Notes under the pieces: generated by a model
What the model was told of the DNA's origin: nothing
Seen by the model: the letters and a program-made list of their open reading frames with translations, nothing else
Databases searched by the model: none
Program-made: the position numbers and the translations under genes
From: Candidatus Latescibacterota bacterium
Lineage (GTDB): Bacteria > Latescibacterota > CBDEFO01
NCBI GenBank assembly: GCA_965248755.1
Contig: OZ252149.1
Location: forward strand, 256,001-320,000
Reading direction: 5' to 3'
DNA length: 64,000 nucleotides
In this document: one piece after another, positions 49,645-59,317 of the stretch
Numbering within the stretch: position 1 is the stretch's first letter
How the letters are laid out: each line of letters begins with the position of its first letter

Positions 49645-50580
49645 TCAACCAGGCATCACCAGCTTTGATTCGTCCATAACACACCACCGGTATCTATCGC
49701 TCCGGCCTGCTCCATCTAGCATTTCTGGACTGAAAACTACCATACCAAAGGTCAGCTGGGTAAAGTCATCTGTCTGTCCCTCCGGCATACGGAAGATGTT
49801 GTAATTCTCCGCCGCCTCAATCTGTGCTAGATCAATCAGATCCCGCATCGCGAATCTGCGCACGGCCGAGTTTCCGATAGCCGCCATGCCGACCAATCCT
49901 CGTTCTTCGAGCATTCTTCCGAGGCGACCAAAATCTGGCTCCCGCTCATAATATATACCGTCCTCGCCCGGTTTGGGCTGGTAATCAATCATCTCTTGTC
50001 TTACGACCCGGCCGTCCGAAAGTTTTAGATTTACATTCAGACGTATCGTATGCCTGTAGGGTACATCACAAAGAAATTCTGCAAAGTGGTGGCTGGTTGA
50101 AGCGTCATAGGTCATACCACATATAAGAATCTGGGTATTTAGGGCGAGCATGACACCGAAAGAAGAGCGGAGGTCAAAGGGAGATAGGGCAGGATCGATG
50201 TCAGTAAATACTGGGGCTCTGTGCCCTACAGCGGCAAAACTGTGTCGAAAAGCGGTGCATCTAAGGGCATCCGGCCGTAAGCGAACAGTTTCGGTAATTA
50301 CTCCCATTTCGGAGGGATCTTTGCTGGGGTCAATGACAGGATCCTGTTCGGCTTCGTGGACAAGTGTAAAAGTAGGAACGATCAATGTCCCTCTCTGGCC
50401 GAGCACTTCAAGCAGCGCAGAGACCACCGTCTCGGCGCCCCCTTCGATGGCCCCGAACGTCCGCATTGCAGAATGAACCAGCACTACGTCGCCGGATTTC
50501 AGGCCCGTTTGCCGCAGGCCTTGCACAATTTCCTTTCTCGACAGGCCATACGCACCTCTGCATTGATGCGATGTCATCAT
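49645..50580 (-). CDS. AAC(3)-family N-acetyltransferase
   Basis: GLKSGDVVLVHSA, GTLIVPTFT, MGVITE, HSFAAVG, TSHHFAE. Confidence 0.85.
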   Translation of the reverse strand: MMTSHQCRGAYGLSRKEIVQGLRQTGLKSGDVVLVHSAMRTFGAIEGGAETVVSALLEVLGQRGTLIVPTFTLVHEAEQDPVIDPSKDPSEMGVITETVRLRPDALRCTAFRHSFAAVGHRAPVFTDIDPALSPFDLRSSFGVMLALNTQILICGMTYDASTSHHFAEFLCDVPYRHTIRLNVNLKLSDGRVVRQEMIDYQPKPGEDGIYYEREPDFGRLGRMLEERGLVGMAAIGNSAVRRFAMRDLIDLAQIEAAENYNIFRMPEGQTDDFTQLTFGMVVFSPEMLDGAGRSDRYRWCVMDESKLVMPG

Positions 50581-50689
50581 AAGTATACCCCTTTTTCAAA
50601 GTACCGCTGTGATCAACATCTTTGGTTCACGCATGCATTCCTCTATTAGGTGTCCTTGACAAACAGAAAGGCCACTATTCTTGTGTAAG

Positions 50690-50893
50690 CTTCGCACCAC
50701 TGGCCTGACGGAAGTACTCCTGAATCTCCCCAGCCGCGTATTGCTCACTGGGGATGCGTTCTCAGCTGCGACAATGTCGCAGCTGTTTAGTCTGACCAGG
50801 GCTACGCCCTCAGCCTTGTTGGCCATCCCTGGAATAGTTCCGCGAGCCAATAAAGCTACCACAATGACAGCGCTAACAACTGTCCCGTGTCAT
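50690..50893 (-). pseudogene. Family C N-terminal remnant
   Basis: Frameshifted TVVSAVIVVA...DIVAAENA...SEQYAAGEIQEYFRQASGAKL, then truncated. Confidence 0.75.
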
Positions 50894-50953
50894 TGTATAA
50901 CTCCTTCTACTCTGGTCCGTTAGAAGAGGTCTATCCCAAGCCAGCCTTTGCAG

Positions 50954-52798
50954 CTACTTCCCTGTAGGGTCACGGGTCCCCAGAATGGTTTCAAGACGCT
51001 GACGGATCGTCTGCGAGTAACCGTACGCATATCCCGCGACATCCGAACCGATACCGTTCCTTTCACACAATCGGAAGAATTCCTGGACAATTGGTCGCAT
51101 CTGTTCAGCGACAGCCCGATCGACTTCGGCATCCTCCTTCAGTTTAAAAATCGGGTCAATGGCTGCCCGGTAGGCACTGATGGAGGCCTTTTCCACACGA
51201 GCTTTGATCGCATCGCTCTTGGCCAGTTTCAGCGCCTCGACGAACAAGTTCACGCCAGTGGCCGCAACGGCTTCATCGACGGGTAAGCCATGCGGCTTCC
51301 ATTTTGTATGGTGTATTTTGATGTCTCTGTAATGGTTGTGCACCAGATCTATGAAACGGCGGATCGGCGGGGCTGCCTCTGAGTAGTGCAGACTGACGAA
51401 CTCATCAATTATATCCCTATCGTTGAGATCAGGGTTCCACAATAGCCGCGTCATCAGATGTTGCCTTAGATCAACCAGTTCTGTTGTAGCAGCCTGATAA
51501 TCGGACTGCATAAAGACGCCTTTGACTCCGTGGGCTACCAGAGTGTTGATGTTCGGTTTCATGAAAAACAAATCAGGATAGGGCAGAAGAGAGTGGCCCG
51601 CGCCAAAGTGGTAATCCCAGAAATATAGGTTTTTGCAGATTCTGCTCCATCCTTCCAATTCCTGCAGGAACTTGACATTCGGTGGGCAATTGCGTTCCGT
51701 AATTAAATGTACATGACATCGACCATGAGTGGTCAGGTTGACCTCCACATTGGGCCGGCACTTGATGGTCTTCGGAGGTTTGCGTGAGAAGCCATAGGCC
51801 AGCGTACCTATCTCGACATCTGGATGGGTCTTTGCAACCTGATCGGCCACAGCGTTGACGAACTTTAGCAACGCCCCCATGTGGGATTCTTCCGGTCCGT
51901 CAATCGCAGCGCACTCTTCACACTGGCAGTATTGCCAGACCGTGTCGTTTTGAGAGACTGAAAAGTTTTTTCGCCCGACGCAACTGGGAAATCCGATTTC
52001 CTCCAAAACCGCACTGGTAACGATGGGAATCAGATCCGCATTGGTCAAGCAAAGATGAGTGTGCGGGGCTTCATTGCGGCGTGTGCCGTCCCAGAGACCA
52101 AAGTACTCCGGATGTTCTTTGCCGTATTTGTCGATGGTGACCTGTCGGTAGAGGCTGTGATTGATATTGATGAACGCCGAAACTCCACCAAATTTTGGCG
52201 CAGCATGAGCGGCATTGTTCCGTGTGCGAACCGCAAAAACCGGGTATTGAAGTGATGCTTTGTAAACGGCATTACGGTAATTCGCGAAAGGCGGGCGATA
52301 GACACGGTCCACCGGGTCGATCAATCGCTGCTGGCCAACCGGCGGGACGTGGGTATGGTCGTGTGTGAGAAAGCGTACGCCCAGGTAATCTTCCAGGAAC
52401 GTGTAGACGCCATAAAGTGTGCCGCGCGGGCGCCCACCGGCTATGGCAATGTTGTTATCACGTACAACGATGTGTAGATCCTCAGGTCCCAAATCCTCAA
52501 CGCTGAATCCGACTGGGCTGGCTTGCATCACCTCCCCAGGTCCGATGAACACATGCTTGTCCCAACGTTCAATTTTGTGGACGATAGGAAGCTTTACATC
52601 GCTGGCCTGGAGGAAAAACTCCTGGAATTCCTCAGCCGCGTATATCTCACTGGCGATAGCATCGTCAGCCACAACGATGTCCCAGCCGCTTAGGCGGGCC
52701 AGGTCTAAGCCCTCATCAGTGTTGTGCATCGCAGCAATGCCTCCACACGAAAATATAGCTACCACAATGACAGCGCTCACAACTGTGGTCAGTTTCAT
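50954..52798 (-). CDS. Family C: exported DUF4838-type protein with GH20/GH67-like N-terminal domain
   Basis: Signal peptide; GGRPRGTLYGVYTFLEDYLGVRF; HPEYF, LCLTN, SQND, CQCEEC. Confidence 0.82.
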   Translation of the reverse strand: MKLTTVVSAVIVVAIFSCGGIAAMHNTDEGLDLARLSGWDIVVADDAIASEIYAAEEFQEFFLQASDVKLPIVHKIERWDKHVFIGPGEVMQASPVGFSVEDLGPEDLHIVVRDNNIAIAGGRPRGTLYGVYTFLEDYLGVRFLTHDHTHVPPVGQQRLIDPVDRVYRPPFANYRNAVYKASLQYPVFAVRTRNNAAHAAPKFGGVSAFININHSLYRQVTIDKYGKEHPEYFGLWDGTRRNEAPHTHLCLTNADLIPIVTSAVLEEIGFPSCVGRKNFSVSQNDTVWQYCQCEECAAIDGPEESHMGALLKFVNAVADQVAKTHPDVEIGTLAYGFSRKPPKTIKCRPNVEVNLTTHGRCHVHLITERNCPPNVKFLQELEGWSRICKNLYFWDYHFGAGHSLLPYPDLFFMKPNINTLVAHGVKGVFMQSDYQAATTELVDLRQHLMTRLLWNPDLNDRDIIDEFVSLHYSEAAPPIRRFIDLVHNHYRDIKIHHTKWKPHGLPVDEAVAATGVNLFVEALKLAKSDAIKARVEKASISAYRAAIDPIFKLKEDAEVDRAVAEQMRPIVQEFFRLCERNGIGSDVAGYAYGYSQTIRQRLETILGTRDPTGK

Positions 52799-52968
52799 CG
52801 TATAACTCCTCGTTGTTAAAAACACAACATAACGCGTTTGCCAAAATACTTCCGCAGGCAAATCGGGGAACTAGGCTGATAACACTCACAAGTAGAATAC
52901 ATTCCATAGTTATAACTCCTTCTACTCTGGTCCATTAGAAGAGTGCCATCCTAAGCCAGTCTTTGCAG

Positions 52969-54789
52969 CTACTTACCTGTAGGATCGAGGTTCCCCAAGA
53001 TGATTCCGAGGCGCTGACGATGTGCGTCATACCCGCCGAGCCCATACTTCTCGCATAGCCGGAAGAACTTTTTGACAAGCGGTCGCATCTGTTCAGCAAC
53101 AGCCGGATCGACTTGAGCATCCTTCTTGAGTCTCCAAATCGGGTCAATGGCTGCCGCAAAAGCGCTGATGGAAGCGTTTTCTACTCGAGTTTTGACCTCA
53201 TCGTTCTCAGCTAGATCCATGGCCTCGGCGAACAACTTCAAACTAGCTTTAGCGACGCCTTCATCAACCGGCAACTCCCAGTGATGGTAGGCGAGTGGAT
53301 CGTTGTGAGTCCCTGAGTCTCTGTAGTGGTTATGTATCATGTTGATGAACCTACGGATCGGTGGGACTGCCTTACCATAGTGTAGATTGAGAAACTCATC
53401 AATCAATTCCCTGTCGTTGAGCTTCGGATTCCACAGCAATCGGCTCATCATATAATGGGGCAGCTTCGCCATCTCTGTGTCGGGCCATCGTCCCGCGTGA
53501 GACTGCATGAAGACCCCTTCAACGCCAGCGTCCAAAAGAGTGTTTATGTTAGGCATGATCGTGTACAGGTTTGGGTACGGCAAGGGAGGCGCGCGGAAGT
53601 AGACGTTATATGTCCAGGCATAGAGGTTCTTGCAAATCCTGCGCCAGCCGCGGAGGTCCTGCATATAAGCGACATTCTTAGGGCAATTGGCATCAGCGAA
53701 GGCGTGGAGCTGACAGGCCCCAGAGCTGGAAAGGTTGATTTGAACATTGTCACGTGGCCTGATATTCTTGGGAGGCTTGCGAGAATAATTGTAAGCCAGC
53801 GTCCCTATAAAAACGTCTGGATGAGTCTTGGCCACCTCGTCGGCTACCTTGTTCACAAAGGTCAGCAGAGCTCCCATGTGCGATCCTTCACGCTCATCGA
53901 TGGCGGCACATTTCTCGCATCGACAGTAGTCGGTGCCCCCGTCGTTCTGGCTGACCGAGATATTCCTGGTCTCCGGTCTGTTTTTAAGCTCATCCCGTAC
54001 CGCCTGGATCACGATTTTCAACACCTCCTGATTGGTCATACAAAGCTGGCTCTGCCATTTAACTTGCCGCTTATCGTCGATCAGCGCGTAATATTCAGGG
54101 TGGTCCTTCCCATACTTCTCCACGGAAACCTGTCGGTAAAAACTGTGGTTGGTATTTCCGAACGGTGAAATACCACCAAACCGCGGCTCATCATGATCTA
54201 CGGTGTTGTTACGAGTACGGACCGCAAGAAAGGGATACTGATGAGGTGCTTTGTATGCGGCATTACGGTAATTCACGAAAGGTGGGCGATAGACGCGGTC
54301 CACCGGGCCGATCACTCGCTGCTGGCCAACCGGCGGGACGTGGGTATGATCGTGCGTGAAAAAGCGCACACCTAAATAATCTTCAAGAAAACTATAAACA
54401 CCGTAGAGCGTGCCACGAGGACGACCACCAGCTATGGCGATGTTGTTATCACGCACGACGATGCGGAGATCTTCTGGGCCTAAATCTTTGACACTGAATC
54501 CGACTGAGCTGGCTTGCATCACCTTACCAGGCCCAATGAACATGTGCTTGGCCAAATCTTTGATCTCGTGGACGATCGGGAGCTTTACTCCGCTGGCCTG
54601 ACGGAAGAAGTCCTGAAACTCCTCAGCCGCGTATACCTCACTGGCGATAGCATCGTCAGCCACAACTATGTCCCACCCATTTAGCTGCGCTAGGTCTAAG
54701 CCCTTAGCAGTTTTGTCCATAGTAGCAATCCTTCCACAGGCAAATATAGCTACCACTATGACAGCGCTCACAACTGTTGTTAGTTTCAT
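52969..54789 (-). CDS. Family C: exported DUF4838-type protein
   Basis: Same motifs (HPEYY, LCMTN, SQNDG, CRCEKC); tandem paralogue. Confidence 0.82.
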   Translation of the reverse strand: MKLTTVVSAVIVVAIFACGRIATMDKTAKGLDLAQLNGWDIVVADDAIASEVYAAEEFQDFFRQASGVKLPIVHEIKDLAKHMFIGPGKVMQASSVGFSVKDLGPEDLRIVVRDNNIAIAGGRPRGTLYGVYSFLEDYLGVRFFTHDHTHVPPVGQQRVIGPVDRVYRPPFVNYRNAAYKAPHQYPFLAVRTRNNTVDHDEPRFGGISPFGNTNHSFYRQVSVEKYGKDHPEYYALIDDKRQVKWQSQLCMTNQEVLKIVIQAVRDELKNRPETRNISVSQNDGGTDYCRCEKCAAIDEREGSHMGALLTFVNKVADEVAKTHPDVFIGTLAYNYSRKPPKNIRPRDNVQINLSSSGACQLHAFADANCPKNVAYMQDLRGWRRICKNLYAWTYNVYFRAPPLPYPNLYTIMPNINTLLDAGVEGVFMQSHAGRWPDTEMAKLPHYMMSRLLWNPKLNDRELIDEFLNLHYGKAVPPIRRFINMIHNHYRDSGTHNDPLAYHHWELPVDEGVAKASLKLFAEAMDLAENDEVKTRVENASISAFAAAIDPIWRLKKDAQVDPAVAEQMRPLVKKFFRLCEKYGLGGYDAHRQRLGIILGNLDPTGK

Positions 54790-54957
54790 CGTATAACTCC
54801 TCGTTGTTAAAGACCCAACATTACGCGTTTTCCAGAATGCCTCCCCAGACAAATGGGACAATTAGACTGATAACACTCACAACTGCGATCCGTTTCAACG
54901 TTTAACTCCTTCGAGGCTGGCCCGTTAGAAGAGTTCCACCCCAAGCCAGCCTTTAAC

Positions 54958-56780
54958 CTACTTGCCTGAAGGGTCACTGGTCACCAAGATGCCTTCGATG
55001 CGCTCGCGAGCTCTTGCGACAAGTCCGCCGATCCCATAGTCGTCGCACAGCCGGAAGAACTCTTCGACAAGCGGTCGCATCTGTTTGGCCAGCGCTGGAT
55101 CAATTGCGGCGTCCTTATTGAGTCTCCAAATCGTCTCGATGGCTGCCCGATAGCCGCAGATGGAAGCCTTTTCCACTCGTTCTTTGACTTCATCGTTCTC
55201 AGCCAATTTCATTGCTTCAGAGAACATACCAAGCCCGGCTTTGGCAACGGATTCATCGACCGGCAAATCCCAATGGTCGCGGATCAACGAAGTGTGGTGA
55301 GTACCTGCATCTTTGTAGTGCTTATGTGTCATGTCGATAAAGCGGCGGATTGGTGGGGCTGCTTTACCATAGTGCAAATCGAGGAACTCGTTGATGCACG
55401 CCCTATCGTCGAGATCGGGGTTCCACAACAGACGGTTGATCAGGTAATTGCGGAGGTCCGACAGTTCCGCCACCAAGTCAAAGCTGCATTGCATGAACAC
55501 CCCTTCAACTCCGGCAATTACAAGAGTGTTTACGTTTGGTTTGATCGTAAACAGGTTTGGATACGGCAGAAGAAAGTCGTGAAAATGGCGGTTATACGTC
55601 CAGGCGTAGAGGTGCCTGCAAATCTTGCTCCAACCGCGGAGGTCCTGCATGTATGCGACACTTCGGGGCAACTGGGATCGGCCAAGAGGTGAAGCTGGCA
55701 GGTCTCGATGCTGCTGAGGTTGATCTCCACATTGTCTCGCGGCCTGATAGTTTTGGGCGGCTTGCGCGAAAAACCATAGGAGAGCGTCCCGATAAAGACG
55801 TCCGGATGAGTCTTGGCCACCTCGTCCGCTACCTTGTTCACAAAGTCCAGCAGGGCGCCCATGTGTGATTCTTCGCGCTTGTCAACGGCTGTACACTCTT
55901 CACACTGGCAGTATTGCCAGATAGTGTCGTTCTGAGAGACGGAAAAGTTCTTGCGCCCAATGCTGGTGGCACGTTCGCTTTCCTGCAAGACCGCATCGGT
56001 AACGATAGGTAACAGCTCCGCATTGGTCAGGCATAGATGAGTATGCGTGAAATGGTTCCGGCGTGTCCAATCCCAGAGACCAAAGTACTCCGGATGATCC
56101 TTGCCGTACTTCTGGTAAGGCACTTTCCGATAGAAACTGTGATTGGTATTGCCGAATGGCGAAATGCCACCAAACCTCGGCTAGTCATGGTAGCCATTGT
56201 TGCGAGTACGCACCCCAAAAACCGGGTAATGATAAGATGTTTTGTACCCTGTCAGCCGTAAATTCGCAAAAGGTGAGCGATAGACACGGTCCACCAGGCC
56301 GATCACTCTCTGCTCACCAACCGGCGGCACGTGGGTATGATCGTGTGTGAGAAAGCGTACGCCCAGGTAATCTTCCAGGAACGTGTAAATCCCATAAAGC
56401 GTGCCGCGCGGTCGTCCTCCGGCTATGGCGATGTTGTCGTCACGTACAACAATCTGCAAATCTTAAGGTCCCACATTCTCAACGCCGAATCCCACAGGAC
56501 TGGCTTGCATCAGCTTGCCAGGACCGACGAACACATGCTTGTCCCAACGTTCGATTTTGTGGACGATAGGGAGTTTCACACCACTCGCCTGGCTGAAGAA
56601 CTCCTGAAACTCCTCAGCCGCGTATATCTCACTGGCGATAGCATCGTCAGCCACAACGATGTCCCAGCCGCTTAGGCGGGCCAGGTCTAAGCCCTCATCA
56701 GGGTTGTCCATAGCAGCAATGCTTCCACAGGCAAATATAGCTACCACAATAAGAGCGCTCACAACTGCGATCCGTTCCAT
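54958..56780 (-). pseudogene. Family C pseudogene (two in-frame stops, one frameshift)
   Basis: TAA at 56463-56465 and TAG at 56181-56183 where paralogues have Glu; 1-nt deletion in a C run near 55668. Confidence 0.88.
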
Positions 56781-56840
56781 CGTTTGACTCCTTCTAATCT
56801 GGTCTGTTAGAATAAATCCATCCCAGCCCGGCCTGTGCAC

Positions 56841-57045
56841 TTACTTGCCTGAGCGGTCAAGGGTTTCCAACATACCTTCGGTGCACTCGCAAGCTCCTGT
56901 GACACGTCCGCCGATCCCATAGTCGTCGCACAGCCGGAAGGGCTCTTCGACAAGCGGTCGTATCTCCTCGGCCAGCGCTGGATCGATTGCGGAGTCCTTA
57001 TTGAGTCTCCAAAATCGGCTCGATGGCTGCCCGATAGGCGCAGAC
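56841..57045 (-). pseudogene. Family C C-terminal remnant
   Basis: WRLNKDSAIDPALAEEIRPLVEEPFRLCDDYGIGG, nearly identical to 54958-55150. Confidence 0.85.
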
Positions 57046-57092
57046 CGAGTCATCTTCCAGCCTGGCTCTTGACGCTACTCGTCACCGTTCAA

Positions 57093-58823
57093 TTATCTGT
57101 TCTTCAAGGCTATCGGCTGGCGCTCAAGCTGCGAGAACGACACCGTTGCTTTGAGTATCTCATAATGACCGCTGTAACGCTTGTAAACCATGATCGCCAC
57201 CTGCTCTGGCAGCGGGGACTCCACCGACCAGTGGAAGAACCCAGCAAGATCGGTATGGACGTGCCACCTGTTCAGTACCACACAAGCACCGCTAACCGGC
57301 TGACCTGTGTCATCCACAACCCGGCTGCGAATCTTTCGACCATGCTTCAAACGGAAGTCCTGTGGCTTGGACTCCGGCGATACCTTAATATGCCGATGCT
57401 GTGGGGCATAACCGTCAGCCTCAACCGTCAAGACATATTCACCTAACTTGACCGACTCGAACTGGAACTGTCCCTGAGCGTCCGTCTGCACCGTCGGATA
57501 GCCATCCTCCTTACGAATTGATCTGTATCCCAGTGCCGGCGAACCGATTGTCAGAGGGGTCTTTTTCCAGGGATCCAATTCGGTGGGGTGCTCAAGCCAG
57601 GAGTCGAGATAGTAGCGGTTGGGACTGCGCTCGACAGTCGCGCCGGCAATCGCAGTGCCCTGCTGGTCCAGAACGCGGCCCTCTAAAGCTACATGGGCTG
57701 GCGACACCTTCAGAAGCTCGACCGTAATCGGCCAGACCTTTATGCCCTCAGCGTCGCTGCCGACCGCCACCAGCCGGTTCGGTCCAGTCTTGATCATATC
57801 GAACTGACCGGTAATAAAGGGCTCCGGTAGATCTGAGAACGTAATGCGGTCCTGCCAGGTATGACCGTTATCCAGACTGAAAGCTACATGGAAGCCCGGT
57901 CGGCCGTACTGACAGGCTACTACACCATTGTCCAGAAGCTGCAGCGTAGGCCAGATATTCATCAGGTGCGGCTTGGTCGGCGTCGGTTTGCTCCAGGTCC
58001 TGCCAAGATCGTTCGACCAGCAGACGTACAACGGTCTGTATTCGCCCGCTAGATGTGAGTACTGCGTACGCAGAATGGCCAACATCTGACCATTCGGCAG
58101 GAGCACGAAGCTCTGTTCGTCAAATCCCGCGTACTGACCCGGCAGTTCTGGGTTGGGATCCTGAGGGGTATAGTTGATTGTCACGTAATATAGCCACGTC
58201 CTGCCTTCATCGATCGAGCGGACCAAGTAAGCCCGAAGGACGTCTACGTCACCGCTAAACCGCCCGCCCATCGGCATCAACAGTGCCCCATCAGGCATTT
58301 GAAGAATCTTGCCTTTAGCGGGATTGGGGGTGTATACATGGCTGAGAGCAGTGATGTGATTGGGTACATACATCTTGTCTGTTTCGGTTTCCCAACTCAT
58401 AAAATCGTCGGTGAACCGAAAAACAGTCAAGTCATACCAGTCCCTTTCTCCTTCAATAGAAACTGTGCCTCCTTGAGGCTTGAACACACCGCCATCGCGG
58501 AGTCCTACACTTTCAGCCCCGCCAGCCATCCCGGGACCAGCCATTTCCTTGCTCCAGGTCTGACCCCCATCAGTCGAGACCCGGTAAAACCTCGGGTTAT
58601 GATTCGGCTTTGCATAGAAGACAGCTACGACCCCCGTCCGTGAGACAGACAGACTCGCGGTATTCTGGTAAACCAGATCGCTGATCTTGGTCGCTTCGCC
58701 GACTGTGATGTTGAGAATCTCAGTCTCTTCTCCTACAGCAGGCTGTTCCGCATAACCGGTATCAGCAACAGTCGTGGCAATGCAAAACATGATCCCTATT
58801 ACGTAAAGACAATTCCGTTGCAC
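57093..58823 (-). CDS. Family B copy 2: exported Asp-box propeller plus carboxypeptidase-regulatory-like domains
   Basis: GTG start with GGAGG RBS; signal peptide; four S.D.G.TW boxes. Confidence 0.82.
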   Translation of the reverse strand: MQRNCLYVIGIMFCIATTVADTGYAEQPAVGEETEILNITVGEATKISDLVYQNTASLSVSRTGVVAVFYAKPNHNPRFYRVSTDGGQTWSKEMAGPGMAGGAESVGLRDGGVFKPQGGTVSIEGERDWYDLTVFRFTDDFMSWETETDKMYVPNHITALSHVYTPNPAKGKILQMPDGALLMPMGGRFSGDVDVLRAYLVRSIDEGRTWLYYVTINYTPQDPNPELPGQYAGFDEQSFVLLPNGQMLAILRTQYSHLAGEYRPLYVCWSNDLGRTWSKPTPTKPHLMNIWPTLQLLDNGVVACQYGRPGFHVAFSLDNGHTWQDRITFSDLPEPFITGQFDMIKTGPNRLVAVGSDAEGIKVWPITVELLKVSPAHVALEGRVLDQQGTAIAGATVERSPNRYYLDSWLEHPTELDPWKKTPLTIGSPALGYRSIRKEDGYPTVQTDAQGQFQFESVKLGEYVLTVEADGYAPQHRHIKVSPESKPQDFRLKHGRKIRSRVVDDTGQPVSGACVVLNRWHVHTDLAGFFHWSVESPLPEQVAIMVYKRYSGHYEILKATVSFSQLERQPIALKNR

Positions 58824-58860
58824 TTGAATCCCTCCAATCTTCGTAACCGTTCAGAACCTT

Positions 58861-58990
58861 CGCGGCCATGATGCTTCGCCTGACCGGGGAACGCCCCAGA
58901 CGGCAAAACACCAAATTCTCAGCTCATCCCACATAATACACATTCTCTGCCGTGACCTCCCAATGCGCTTTCAGAAACGTTTTCCACGTG
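58861..58990 (-). repeat. Conserved leader of family B copies 2 and 3 (second copy ~63176-63305)
   Basis: Shared GCGCATTGGGA.GTCACGGCAGAGAA.GTGTATTATGTGGGATGAGCTGAGA and a GGGG-N4-CCCC hairpin. Confidence 0.8.
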
Positions 58991-59290
58991 CTATGCCGCT
59001 ATCGATCAGGCGCTGGCTGAAGGCCATGGTCCTTAAGAATCTTCCGCACCGTTGTATCTAAGATATCGTGACCCCGATTGACCATCGCAACTTGAAGGCT
59101 AACGTAGCACTAACTGGGTTGCTCTACACGCCATACGCAGAACGAACTACCTAACTTCTTCGGACAGCGGCTTCTGTCTTCGTCGGTTCCGTAATCCAAC
59201 TTAGCGGTAGCCACTTAGCAATGTCAACAGTGGCTCGCGTCCGGCCTAAGGATCTTTAGATATTTCCTGCAAAGCCTTACCGCCCAGCAT
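58945..59290 (-). pseudogene. Decayed integrase-core-type transposase fragment
   Basis: VNRGHDILDTTVRKILKDHGLQPAPDR*RHSTWKTFLKAHWEV. Confidence 0.65.
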
Positions 59291-59317
59291 CTTGACTCTT
59301 TCTACCTCACTACGGCG

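Noticed and set aside
49645..50580. Bona fide aminoglycoside resistance cassette
   Set aside because: Family-level match only, no flanking attC seen, and the context suggests a metabolic acetyltransferase
54958..56780. Stop-codon recoding (pyrrolysine or alternative code) to explain in-frame stops
   Set aside because: Both TAA and TAG occur, the gene also has a frameshift, and the same codons end intact genes
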